The notes: generated from the sequence alone by a model not told the origin. 64,000 bases of DNA from a virus (IMGVR_UViG_2595698513_000001:30745-94744); one strand, 5' to 3'; positions 45,300-54,804 are shown, numbered from the stretch's first letter. Program-made: numbers and translations.

Positions 45300-45550
45300 T
45301 GCTTTTCAGGTAGCAGATTATTCCGAATACCGTTTAAAGCTCCTATAAGCCTCGCTAACAGCATCCTAGCGTCATAGCAATACCCTAGCAAGGGGTAAGC
45401 CCTAAACAGCCCACACGCAGCACATGCAAGAACCATGCCAACCTGCCCGACGGGCGCGGTCAAATGAGAACTATTCTCATTTACATGTTTACAGTACGCC
45501 ATACGGTAAAAGGCAAAAAATTACAGCGTCATAGTGACGCTGTAACAGTT

Positions 45551-45772
45551 TTAATCTATTTGAAAATCACGCACTATCTCTAGAAACTCGCTGATTAAAA
45601 TTCCATCACATCGAATCTCTTCATCGCTCATATGCAAATAGCGTACCACAAATTTATCGTATTCTATTTGCTCTATTGACTCTACTAGCTCATTTTTATA
45701 GTACAGTGGGCGGAAACCGGATTCTTGCAAATGTTGCAAGAATGATACTAACATTTCACTAGGTCTTAACAT
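45551..45772 (-). CDS. hypothetical small protein (minus-strand island)
   Basis: ATGA-coupled to upstream gene. Confidence 0.45.
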   Translation of the reverse strand: MLRPSEMLVSFLQHLQESGFRPLYYKNELVESIEQIEYDKFVVRYLHMSDEEIRCDGILISEFLEIVRDFQID

Positions 45773-45966
45773 TACCAGTTAGCCTCCAATTGATAAAGCT
45801 TCTCAATTACATCGAATTGCTCGCCTTGCTCATTTTGCCAAACTTGCCCAAATTCGGTGTTTTCTACGTGCTTCATTGCCATAGGTATTGTGTAATATTG
45901 CATTTCCCCCATAAATGCAATATTACACATCCAGACTTGCCCTAGTGTTTCAACGTGCTGTTTCAC
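45772..45966 (-). CDS. hypothetical small protein
   Basis: Part of collinear minus-strand block. Confidence 0.45.
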   Translation of the reverse strand: MKQHVETLGQVWMCNIAFMGEMQYYTIPMAMKHVENTEFGQVWQNEQGEQFDVIEKLYQLEANW

Positions 45967-46226
45967 TGGTCTAACTCCAATCCAAGGTAATAGAAAGCAG
46001 TGGCGAAAAAGTAACTAATCAAAAACTGGTCACTAAACTCATAATGACCGGATACACTAGCAATACCTATCCAACCTGTAATAAAAACTAACAATCCATT
46101 AACATGAAATAAGCTTTTCATTTTTCAATCACCAAAATCTTGTTATAGTCCATCCGTACAGTAAAAAACGGCTTGCCATTTCTAACCGCCCACAATAGGG
46201 CGGTAGCGTAGTTGTCAAATTCCATA

Positions 46227-46544
46227 CTAGGCTTTTAACCAACCATTAACAAAAGTTGCGCCCTCATAGATAGCTCGCCATGTTAACAAGTCAGCCCTAG
46301 CATACTGAAAAAGCATACCGCCATTAGTTGCGCCCTTAGCAAAAGCAATAGCATACGTTAAAACTTTTGCTTTAAGAATTTCCTCGACTGACTCAAACAA
46401 GCTAATGTGAGTTGTCAAGTCAAAATGATACTCTTTGTTTGACAAAAAGCATTGCGCCATTTCCATACGCTTGCTGATACTAGTTTCTGCGTTTAGTTGG
46501 TATGCAGTGCTTACTACTGGATTAGTTAGATATTGCTTGTGCAT
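46227..46544 (-). CDS. hypothetical protein
   Basis: Minus-strand block. Confidence 0.45.
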   Translation of the reverse strand: MHKQYLTNPVVSTAYQLNAETSISKRMEMAQCFLSNKEYHFDLTTHISLFESVEEILKAKVLTYAIAFAKGATNGGMLFQYARADLLTWRAIYEGATFVNGWLKA

Positions 46545-46571
46545 TTTGTTGTCCTCGCTTTCTAGCGGTAA

Positions 46572-46964
46572 TTAATGTTTTGTAGCTGTCATAATGCAAT
46601 CAGGATTTTCCCCGATTACGGTATATTCTTCTATAGCACGCTTGCCAGCGCTCTCCCAAGATTGGTCGTTTTTTGTTTTATTAGCTACACCGTGTAGGTA
46701 ATAGCCGTTACCAGTATCACGCTCTAATGAGAATGGTTTACCCATATCAAAAGCATTGTTATAAAAGTGATGTTCCCAAGTACCCTCGACATCAAACCAA
46801 CGCCACATATAATGCTCGAACATGGCTTTCATTTTGTCAAGTGCTAGCTGACATTCAACCTCGCTGATAATATCAGCCTCAAAGCCGTTGCGAACAATAG
46901 CAACCGCTTTATTCCAACCTAGTGAATCAATAGTTTCAGACAAAACAAGGAAATCAATTTTCAT
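46572..46964 (-). CDS. hypothetical protein
   Basis: Minus-strand block; start chosen at MKIDFLV. Confidence 0.4.
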   Translation of the reverse strand: MKIDFLVLSETIDSLGWNKAVAIVRNGFEADIISEVECQLALDKMKAMFEHYMWRWFDVEGTWEHHFYNNAFDMGKPFSLERDTGNGYYLHGVANKTKNDQSWESAGKRAIEEYTVIGENPDCIMTATKH

Positions 46965-47060
46965 GGTAAAACCCCTCGCCAAAATCGGTGGCGGTATCCG
47001 TTTAGGCATCAATTGCCTAGGTCTTTATAATACTAAAACCTAGGCATTATGTAAAGTGAT

Positions 47061-47381
47061 TTAGTTCACAAAATGGTAATCTATTTGGTCTATGCCAATT
47101 TCACGCCATACCATAGAACTTGTATCTAGTCCATAGTTATCTAGCATAGCAGATAAATCTGTTACACAATCTAGGTCGCACATCCCCTCGATACCCATAT
47201 CAGAGTTATAGAACATCATACAGAATGCAGGGTGTACCATAACTGCTAGTTCGTTGTCAGCGTCAATATACCAGATGGTAGATTCTGGGTCTTCTACAAA
47301 ACTGCTACGTTCTTCCTTGACATAGCGCACAATTGAGTCAAGACTCAATAGAGTAGGTGTTTCGTTACAGTTAAAAGCCAT
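47061..47381 (-). CDS. hypothetical acidic protein
   Basis: First gene of minus-strand block. Confidence 0.45.
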   Translation of the reverse strand: MAFNCNETPTLLSLDSIVRYVKEERSSFVEDPESTIWYIDADNELAVMVHPAFCMMFYNSDMGIEGMCDLDCVTDLSAMLDNYGLDTSSMVWREIGIDQIDYHFVN

Positions 47382-47735
47382 ATTATTTCAATCTCCAATA
47401 AGGGTAAAATCCAATTGCCATAGCTAGGCAAAATGCGATACTGAAAACTAATTCAAACATACTATGCCTACCTTGTCAAATAGTTTTTTCATACTAGCAG
47501 CCGTAGCCACACACTCGCCAGTCTCCGTACTGACACACCACCAAATAACATCAAAAAATATACGATACATTTTTTAAGCCCTCCGTGTTGGGTAGGTCTA
47601 TATAGTATCAATTCTAGCTCATTTGTCTAATAACGTTTTGTTATAAGCGGCAGCAAAACGATGCCCAGGCGTTATAAGCGCTGTAAGCGATTTTGAGAGG
47701 TTTTATATAAAAGCCTTACTTTAATATGTCTAGGT

Positions 47736-47846
47736 TGTGGATAACCGCTTAGAATGGATTCTACAGCCTAGAAACGCCATACTGTTATTTATAAGCTGTG
47801 ATTTAGGGTAGATAACTTTCGTTTTCCTGTTGATAAGTTGTGGATA
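47736..47846. repeat. inverted DnaA boxes TGTGGATAA and TGTGGATAT
   Basis: Complement orientation of TTATCCACA; matching palindrome copy at 48067-48082. Confidence 0.55.
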
Positions 47847-48310
47847 TACAGTATATAACCAGTATTATTAGACTTTGCTAATGTGAATAAGTCTGTTGAT
47901 AAAAAGTTGGCATGAAACCTGCTAGTGTATGCAAAAGTCGTGCCATGTCAAAAATCGTGCCAACTTTTCGAAATTTTCCTATTTGCTGCGAAAAGAATGT
48001 TTTAATACTAGGGCATAGCTAAGGGCTAAAATCGCTTAGAATCGCATACAGAGCGTTTTAGCGATACTGTATAAATATACAGTTAGTTGACTTTACTTGA
48101 AAAGTATGCTACACGCGCGCCCGTTCCTTATATTTGTGGGCAAAATTCGCTGATAGCCAAAACCTATCAATCTAGTGATTTTTAAAGATTTAAACGATTA
48201 GACTAATTTTCAAGATTCGCTATTATATACCCATACCAACGAGACAGGGCAGCAACAAAAACCCTAGCGAGTTGAGTATAGAAAGACTGAAAAGTTTTTC
48301 AAAAAAGTAG

Positions 48311-48339
48311 TTGACAAGCCAAACGGCTTTTGAGATACT
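48311..48339 (+). promoter_or_regulatory. candidate pre-early promoter TTGACA-17-GATACT
   Basis: A-tract upstream; ~165 nt before the 48504 CDS. Confidence 0.5.
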
Positions 48340-48413
48340 ACTAACGTTCTCAAGGGAACACGCTCTTTAAAAATTTGGAATATGCGATTTGACCTATTGC
48401 TTACTTGATTGGA

Positions 48414-48470
48414 TTGTTTGAGTGTTAACCGTTAACCGATTCATTGCGAGTCGGTTAACTGAGAAACACT
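48414..48470 (+). promoter_or_regulatory. nested inverted repeat in 5' UTR of first pre-early gene
   Basis: GAGTGTTAACCG...AACCGATTCATTGCGAGTCGGTT...AACACTC. Confidence 0.5.
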
Positions 48471-48503
48471 CTCATTTAACTAACCTATTAAGAGGAAAAT
48501 ATC

Positions 48504-48974
48504 ATGGCTAAGAAATGGACAGAAGAATCAGCAGCAAAAGCAGCAGAACTTTACAATGCTAAACTAGAAGCAGACGGTAAAGAAGCAGCAGCACACAACG
48601 ATTTTCTAGACACAATTGCAGCGCACGCAGAAGTGCAAGCCGTGTCAGGTAAAGCGGTTCGCTCAAAACTGACAGTTATGGGTATCTACCAAAAACCGGA
48701 CGCAGTTGCAAGTGTTGCGAAAACTAACACAGTGCGTAAAGAACACTATGTTCGTGCTCTAGCTCACAGCTTGAAAGTTGACGCAGAAGAACTAGACAGC
48801 CTCAAAAACGCTAAAATGTCAGCCCTAGCAGCTATCACAGAAGCTATTGGTATCACTGATATTATGGCAGCAAGCGCAAAAGATTATACGCCTAATGAGT
48901 TGATTCTCATTAAAGGTTTTGCGTTAGCGAATGGTATAGACCTAGCCGATATTGTAGACGACTTGGAAGACTAA
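48504..48974 (+). CDS. pre-early-region protein (Ala-rich, acidic)
   Basis: RBS AAGAGGAAAA; follows promoter 48311-48339 and 5'-UTR hairpin. Confidence 0.6.
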   Translation: MAKKWTEESAAKAAELYNAKLEADGKEAAAHNDFLDTIAAHAEVQAVSGKAVRSKLTVMGIYQKPDAVASVAKTNTVRKEHYVRALAHSLKVDAEELDSLKNAKMSALAAITEAIGITDIMAASAKDYTPNELILIKGFALANGIDLADIVDDLED

Positions 48975-48982
48975 CCCTAAAC

Positions 48983-49047
48983 AATTAAAGGGGAAATTTC
49001 CCCTTTAATTTACAGTGTAAATTGATGGACAGTTTACACTGTAAATT
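48983..49047 (+). promoter_or_regulatory. 28-bp perfect palindrome plus double-palindrome operator-like element (copy 1)
   Basis: AATTAAAGGGGAAATTTCCCCTTTAATT then AATTTACAGTGTAAA-11-TTTACACTGTAAATT. Confidence 0.6.
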
Positions 49048-49070
49048 AACCCATAATTGGAGATAAAACC

Positions 49071-49442
49071 ATGTCAAATCAAACTCAAATCATTGCGCTA
49101 GGTTCACTATTAGAAGCAGGTAATGCAAAAAGTGAGCTACAGCAAAAAGTGTCTAAACTGATTAACGTTCGTTTCGGTTGGCGAGTCAATGACCGTATTT
49201 CTAGCAAAACATTGCAAACCGTAATTGATTTAATAGAAAATCACGGCGGTAAAAAGCTATTCAACCCTAGCGAGCTAGATTCATTAGTTTATGCTAATAA
49301 AGCGGCAAAACTAACCGTGTTCAGCCTACTATGTGAAGCGTTAAAAATCACTGAGCTAACAGAGCGTAAAAATATTATGTCTATTGTTACTAGTGGCGGT
49401 GAACGTGAATTTCCGGTTCAAGTTCTAAAGGCATTCAGTTAA
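49071..49442 (+). CDS. A2-sized (123 aa) pre-early protein
   Basis: Size and position upstream of the A1-like gene, as in T5 FST DNA. Confidence 0.4.
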   Translation: MSNQTQIIALGSLLEAGNAKSELQQKVSKLINVRFGWRVNDRISSKTLQTVIDLIENHGGKKLFNPSELDSLVYANKAAKLTVFSLLCEALKITELTERKNIMSIVTSGGEREFPVQVLKAFS

Positions 49443-49450
49443 TAACGGGT

Positions 49451-49515
49451 TTACGCCCTTAAACTAGGGCGTAAATTTACAGTGTAAATTGATGGACAGT
49501 TTACACTGTAAATTT
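49451..49515 (+). promoter_or_regulatory. hairpin plus double-palindrome operator-like element (copy 2)
   Basis: TTTACGCCCTTAAACTAGGGCGTAAA then the identical 38-bp AATTTACAGTGTAAATTGATGGACAGTTTACACTGTAAATT. Confidence 0.6.
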
Positions 49516-49543
49516 CAACCAACCCCATAGCGGAGTATAAACA

Positions 49544-51199
49544 ATGTCTAAAGTATTAGTAGAAAACAAAGCGCAAATCCTTAAACTAGCAAAAGGCGAA
49601 AACTTTTGGGGCAAACGCCTTGACTCAAAACGTCGTGAGGTTGCAATCTCGATTCGTGATGCTCTTAAAATTGATGTACATTCTAGCAAGTTAATTGAGT
49701 TTCTGGACGATAACAAACCAGTAAACAAGACGCAGAAAAAATCGCATAGTCAGCAAGCGAAAGAAGATATTGAGCCAACGTTTGCAGGTTCAATGACAGG
49801 GCGTGATTATGAAAACCTAGACGATGGTTTATATATCATTACAGCAGCCCAAAACAATACACGCCCACACCCAGTATTAAATACTTTGTTGTCAATGGCT
49901 AAATCGTTGGATGCTGAGTTCGGTATCATGCCAATTAAATACACAACAACGTTGCAAGGTTTGGAGCGTAAAAAGCCTAGTTTTCACGCAGAAATCAAAA
50001 AGCATTTACTTGATTACACTGATACATGGTTGGGCGGTGAAGGTAACGTGCTACTCGCTAACAGTGCTCAAATTCTACCGACTGCAAAACAACCTATCAA
50101 TGCAGCCGAAAAGCTAAACACTGGCGAATCAATGACAGTAGTTGCAAGCCCTAGACGACAAACAAAAACCCTACCACGCCAGAAAAACGGCTCACATCGT
50201 TGGGTTTATACAACGGCAGTTTGTACGCTTAAACACTACACTGACAGTCGTGCAGGGGCAGAAGCGGAAGCAGAGCATTGTTTCGGTGGTATCTTGATTC
50301 AAGTTACTAACGGCATGGTTAATCACCGTCGATTAGTAGCAGACGAAAACGGCGTTATTGTTGATAATGGTTCGGTGTACTTCCCTGACGGTACAATCAA
50401 AGCTTACAATGATGTATTTGACAATCAGCCCGTAATTGTGCTAGGTGATTTGCATTGCGAAAAAATGTGCGACGACTCATTCACTCGTGCAACAAATTGG
50501 GCATTCGCTCAAAACCCTAAACTGATTGTTGTGCATGATGCTCTAGACTTTATGAGCCGTAATCACCACAACCGCGAGGACTGGACATTCTTATACCAGA
50601 TGCAAGACCGTGCAGTAATCGAAGATTTAGCCGATGTTATTAATCACTTGAATGCACTTGCTGACATTGCGCCTGTCTTTATTGTTGAGTCAAACCATGA
50701 TTTAGCCCTTGATTCGTGGCTACGTGATAATAAATTCGATGTACGAAAAGACCCGAAAAACGCCCGTACATATCATGCTCTAATGCTTGCTTATATTGAA
50801 GCAATGGACAACGGCACATTTAACGACCTAGCAAAAATGGATTTAGCATTCGCAGCCCTAGCCGACCAATTGCCAGAACTGAGCGAAAATATCGAGTTCG
50901 GCAAAATCGACGAACAAAAACTAGCGTATGGTTATGATATTTCAATGCATGGTCACGTGGGTACAGGTGGGGCTCGTGGTTCGGCTGTCAGCTTTAAGAA
51001 AATGCGAATCAAAACCATCACAGGACATACACACTCACCATTCGAAGATAACAACAATATTGTTGTCGGTGTAACTGGTAGTATGGAAATGGGTTACAAC
51101 AAAGGCGGTACAACTTGGGACAGAGCTAACGCTATTGTTTACCCGAACTCAACTTGTCAGCTAATCCCTATGTACTTGATTGGCGAACAACAATACTAA
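49544..51199 (+). CDS. A1: A1-like metallophosphoesterase (551 aa)
   Basis: GDLHCE, NHD, GHTH calcineurin-like motifs; size close to T5 A1 (556 aa); adjacent to dmp-like gene. Confidence 0.5.
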   Translation: MSKVLVENKAQILKLAKGENFWGKRLDSKRREVAISIRDALKIDVHSSKLIEFLDDNKPVNKTQKKSHSQQAKEDIEPTFAGSMTGRDYENLDDGLYIITAAQNNTRPHPVLNTLLSMAKSLDAEFGIMPIKYTTTLQGLERKKPSFHAEIKKHLLDYTDTWLGGEGNVLLANSAQILPTAKQPINAAEKLNTGESMTVVASPRRQTKTLPRQKNGSHRWVYTTAVCTLKHYTDSRAGAEAEAEHCFGGILIQVTNGMVNHRRLVADENGVIVDNGSVYFPDGTIKAYNDVFDNQPVIVLGDLHCEKMCDDSFTRATNWAFAQNPKLIVVHDALDFMSRNHHNREDWTFLYQMQDRAVIEDLADVINHLNALADIAPVFIVESNHDLALDSWLRDNKFDVRKDPKNARTYHALMLAYIEAMDNGTFNDLAKMDLAFAALADQLPELSENIEFGKIDEQKLAYGYDISMHGHVGTGGARGSAVSFKKMRIKTITGHTHSPFEDNNNIVVGVTGSMEMGYNKGGTTWDRANAIVYPNSTCQLIPMYLIGEQQY

Positions 51200-51279
51200 T
51201 CCTTAGCCTAACGGCTCGACGGGCGCAAATGTGACGCCCGTCACACTTTACAACTTACCCATATTTGGAGATTTTATTC

Positions 51280-51918
51280 ATGAAAAAAGCATATGTATTC
51301 GACCTTGACGGCACAACAATTGATTCATTCCACCGTGTTGAGCCTTGCCTAGATTCACAAGGCAACTTAAACCTTGACAAATACATTAAAGAGGCTTGCA
51401 CACCTGAGAAAGTCGCAGATGATACGCTCTTACCACTTGCCGGATATATGCAACAACTAATTGAGCAAGGTGAATTAGTAATCATTCTCACAGCACGATT
51501 CATGCTTAACCATGATTATGTTTATTTACGCAAAAATAAACTACGTGCGCCAATCATTTGCAGCCGTGACCAGTTGCCTCGTGTATTTGGTGAAGGCAAT
51601 GCAGCCCGTATCAGTGCAATGTCAGACGCGCCATATAAACATGAATGGTTTAATCACTTGTTTGCTAGTATGCCTCAAGTTACTGAGTGGTGTTTCTTTG
51701 ACGACCACGACGGTATATTAGAAATGGCTAATCAATTAAAAGGTGTTACAGCTACCGACGCCAAATTGATGAATGAGCTGTTACAGATGCAATGGGCTGA
51801 CATTTACCGCCAAGGTGAACAGGACACCGCCGAGCTAATACAAGACCTAATAGATGAATGTTCAACTCAAGACGTGATTTGCAAACCGGAATGGATTGAT
51901 GAGCTTTTAGCTCAATAA
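51280..51918 (+). CDS. dmp: HAD-family phosphatase, candidate 5'-deoxyribonucleotidase
   Basis: VFDLDGTT HAD motif I; position next to the A1-like gene. Confidence 0.5.
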   Translation: MKKAYVFDLDGTTIDSFHRVEPCLDSQGNLNLDKYIKEACTPEKVADDTLLPLAGYMQQLIEQGELVIILTARFMLNHDYVYLRKNKLRAPIICSRDQLPRVFGEGNAARISAMSDAPYKHEWFNHLFASMPQVTEWCFFDDHDGILEMANQLKGVTATDAKLMNELLQMQWADIYRQGEQDTAELIQDLIDECSTQDVICKPEWIDELLAQ

Positions 51919-52065
51919 TCAAAGAAAAGCTGTACAAATAAGAATGGCTCTCAATTGAGAGCCATTATCATATAGGGGGCGGTAATGAGACTAGTTCTCA
52001 TTTGGCTATGGCGGTACACCCCCTATCTTGTACAACTTTGTGAAAATTGAAGATTCGAAAGGGTG

Positions 52066-52734
52066 CTATAATACCTGTATCAATGATTTTACCTCCTGTG
52101 CCATATTTTCATCTAAAAGCAGAAACTCCGTGCCACCGTCTCCATCAAGTTTGTGCCTAAACTCTACATAGTTATATAGAATACTACTCTCTATCTCTTT
52201 GGCAGCCTCTGTATTTCTTATTAGAATTATCTCCGGCTCTGTAATATTTTGCCCAGATGCTACTCGTTTTATCCTTGACTTTACTAACTGAGTAGTACTT
52301 ACCCCTATCTTGTATATATTGGTTGAAGGTACTCTCCACATGTATACAGTATTAAATATCTTGCCTGCGCATACTGGACATCCTGAGCCCCTAACTACTT
52401 GTCCATATTCTGCTTCCCATTCATGGGAGCATATATCGCAGTGGAAAAGATGCTTACTATGTCTATTTACATATGTAGATATTAATTTAATATTACCGTG
52501 TACTTCTAGTATATCGGATTCTGCTTCTTCTTGAGTACGTTTTCTAGAACTACAGTGAGGGCACTTAGTCCCTCTGAATATATTATCAGGAGTTGTTTTC
52601 CAAGTATGTTTCTTATTACACTTAAATGTGTGTTGTTTATTAGAGCCTTTATACGGCTCAGCTAACATGATTGTTTCTCCATGTATCTCTAATATACGTT
52701 TATTTGCTTCTTCTGTAGTTAACTTCCTGCCCAT
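52066..52734 (-). CDS. tandem zinc-ribbon protein with C-terminal GIY-YIG-like region
   Basis: Two CxxC...CPxC ribbons; VYMWRV...IYKIGVS...R...E spacing resembles GIY-YIG. Confidence 0.35.
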   Translation of the reverse strand: MGRKLTTEEANKRILEIHGETIMLAEPYKGSNKQHTFKCNKKHTWKTTPDNIFRGTKCPHCSSRKRTQEEAESDILEVHGNIKLISTYVNRHSKHLFHCDICSHEWEAEYGQVVRGSGCPVCAGKIFNTVYMWRVPSTNIYKIGVSTTQLVKSRIKRVASGQNITEPEIILIRNTEAAKEIESSILYNYVEFRHKLDGDGGTEFLLLDENMAQEVKSLIQVL

Positions 52735-52745
52735 ATAAACCTCAC

Positions 52746-54683
52746 TTATGCCGTACCCGTTACATAAAACCCAAATCGAGCTTCGGGTATCTTGTATACT
52801 ACATCGCGCTCGCCTAACTTGTTATAGTATGTGTTACGCCCCCATTCATTCGCCAGAATCTGTGCATTAGTTAGTTGGTAGCTTCCTACTAGTTCTACCT
52901 CATTCCTTACCCAGTTTACACGTACTTTATATCGTATACGAACTGCCTGCATCTTATTGCCACTGCTAGAAGTTGGCCAATAGCTTGAGCCGATTCTACC
53001 TTCACTATGCCTAGATAAAGATACATCGCGAATAACACTATATCCTAGATCTCCTACTATAATCTCTTTCTCTGGACGCGCACGCTCAAAAGTATATAAT
53101 CTTAACGCTGCCCAGCCATCGAACCCATTTACACTTGCCTGCATACTTGACTTTTTACCTGCAATCGTGCTGCTCGCCTCCCCGTGCATGTATATAGGGC
53201 TGATATGTACAGTTAAGTAGTTTTTACTAGTACTGCCTGGTGGTAGTTTGATCCTTTGTTTAACTATCTCTTTCTTATATACGCCTATATCATTAGGGTT
53301 ATATATTGAGATACGTGGACCACTAAAGGTCTTTTTCTGGAAGTATGTACCTTGCCGCAGTTGTGCAAATGTCTTAGTTTCTGCCGGAAATATCGCCGTG
53401 ATAGCTGTATCCCCACCAAGAATGTAGGGTGTGTATTTCCTAGCTTTAGATGCTATTAAAAACTCGCCTTTACTTCCTTTATATTTAATTTCATCAGCAC
53501 TAAACTCTAGCGATATATTACTCCCTAGCAACGCGGATGGACTATGTACTAGAGGTATTGTAGAAGCCCCACTAGCCCGCCATGCTTTAGTTTTCAAGTT
53601 ATACTGAAAGTAATGTAGGAATGGGTAGTCTGCTAGTTGAGACGGTGTTAACCCCTTTATTAGTTTTTCGAAATAAGTAGGCTTTACCTTATTGTATATG
53701 GTATTGAGTCTAGTGGAATCCATGCTAGTTTCCATTGGGGCTGGGTCTGATAGTAGCATACCATTCTTCATAGATAGGTCGCCAATAACCATATCTTCTC
53801 TAGAGATTTTAATACCATCTGCTTTAGGTGGTTTAACATGCTCTACATTATTTTGACTATTATATTTAACATTAAGAACATAGATTCTTAATTTAAAGTT
53901 ACTTGAAGATGGTTTGGTTGACGAGTACGTCAGGGTTTTAGGTGCTGATTGACTCTGACTTGAGAATACCTGTCTACCTGTACCTCCCCTACCAAATAAG
54001 TGTACCAAGTCTCTAGTTGGGTTAGAGTAATTGGCACTAGTGCTTCTTGAAGTCTTTGAAATATTTGCTGTTCTATAATATTGATAGTAAGTAGATATAG
54101 TGTCTCTTTGTAGTCCTGATACATTCCATACACCTTCCCTGTCAGATCTACCAGCTCTAATACCTTGATCTATATTCCAGTTTTTATCTTGTAATGCTGC
54201 CTTGAATACAGTAAGCGGATCCCAATGTCCATAGATATTACTTGTGTTCGGTACTGGGCTGCTAGGGTATGGTGAGCCATCCCTACCGAAAGAAGAACCT
54301 TGGAAATTACCTATAAATATGCCGAAACGACCAGCCTCTGGACTTCTAGATGTAGGAGTACCTAGAGGTGTGTGTGTTACAGTAGCATCATTGTAATATA
54401 CTTGTGTACCAAACATGATTTGTCGTTGATTAATGTAGTCCCATACTTTTTGTGGGACTATAGGTTCATAGTAGTGATCCCATCTTTTATATCCTTTTAC
54501 TGTTTCTACATGACGGAATTGGGTGATTTCTACTATATCATAAATTGCTAGATACGGGATATCAGAGTGAAATAGCGTTGACGCTATCGGTGCTCCATCT
54601 AGTTGTGAAAGAGACTCATTACCACTAGTTACATGCAGTAAAGGTCTATTATCTGAGGGCTTTCTGCCCATAAATAATGCCAT
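52746..54683 (-). CDS. pb5 (oad)-like receptor-binding tail protein, 645 aa
   Basis: Size (~640 aa) and position: divergent from terminase next to TR, as T5 oad; own consensus promoter. Confidence 0.4.
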   Translation of the reverse strand: MALFMGRKPSDNRPLLHVTSGNESLSQLDGAPIASTLFHSDIPYLAIYDIVEITQFRHVETVKGYKRWDHYYEPIVPQKVWDYINQRQIMFGTQVYYNDATVTHTPLGTPTSRSPEAGRFGIFIGNFQGSSFGRDGSPYPSSPVPNTSNIYGHWDPLTVFKAALQDKNWNIDQGIRAGRSDREGVWNVSGLQRDTISTYYQYYRTANISKTSRSTSANYSNPTRDLVHLFGRGGTGRQVFSSQSQSAPKTLTYSSTKPSSSNFKLRIYVLNVKYNSQNNVEHVKPPKADGIKISREDMVIGDLSMKNGMLLSDPAPMETSMDSTRLNTIYNKVKPTYFEKLIKGLTPSQLADYPFLHYFQYNLKTKAWRASGASTIPLVHSPSALLGSNISLEFSADEIKYKGSKGEFLIASKARKYTPYILGGDTAITAIFPAETKTFAQLRQGTYFQKKTFSGPRISIYNPNDIGVYKKEIVKQRIKLPPGSTSKNYLTVHISPIYMHGEASSTIAGKKSSMQASVNGFDGWAALRLYTFERARPEKEIIVGDLGYSVIRDVSLSRHSEGRIGSSYWPTSSSGNKMQAVRIRYKVRVNWVRNEVELVGSYQLTNAQILANEWGRNTYYNKLGERDVVYKIPEARFGFYVTGTA

Positions 54684-54706
54684 GAATATTCCTCCTTTTA
54701 TGTACT

Positions 54707-54735
54707 ATTATATCTGGGTTTGAGTGCTTTGTCAA
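54707..54735 (-). promoter_or_regulatory. consensus sigma70 promoter for pb5-like gene (TTGACA-17-TATAAT on minus strand)
   Basis: Reverse complement reads TTGACAAAGCACTCAAACCCAGATATAAT; RBS AAGGAGG follows. Confidence 0.6.
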
Positions 54736-54755
54736 ATTTGATTTTTAAATTTTTG

Positions 54756-54784
54756 TTGACATTTGTGATTGTTAATGTTATATT
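54756..54784 (+). promoter_or_regulatory. sigma70-like promoter TTGACA-17-TATATT upstream of terS
   Basis: Divergent from the pb5 promoter. Confidence 0.5.
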
Positions 54785-54804
54785 AGTTGGAAAAGGAGAG
54801 GAGT

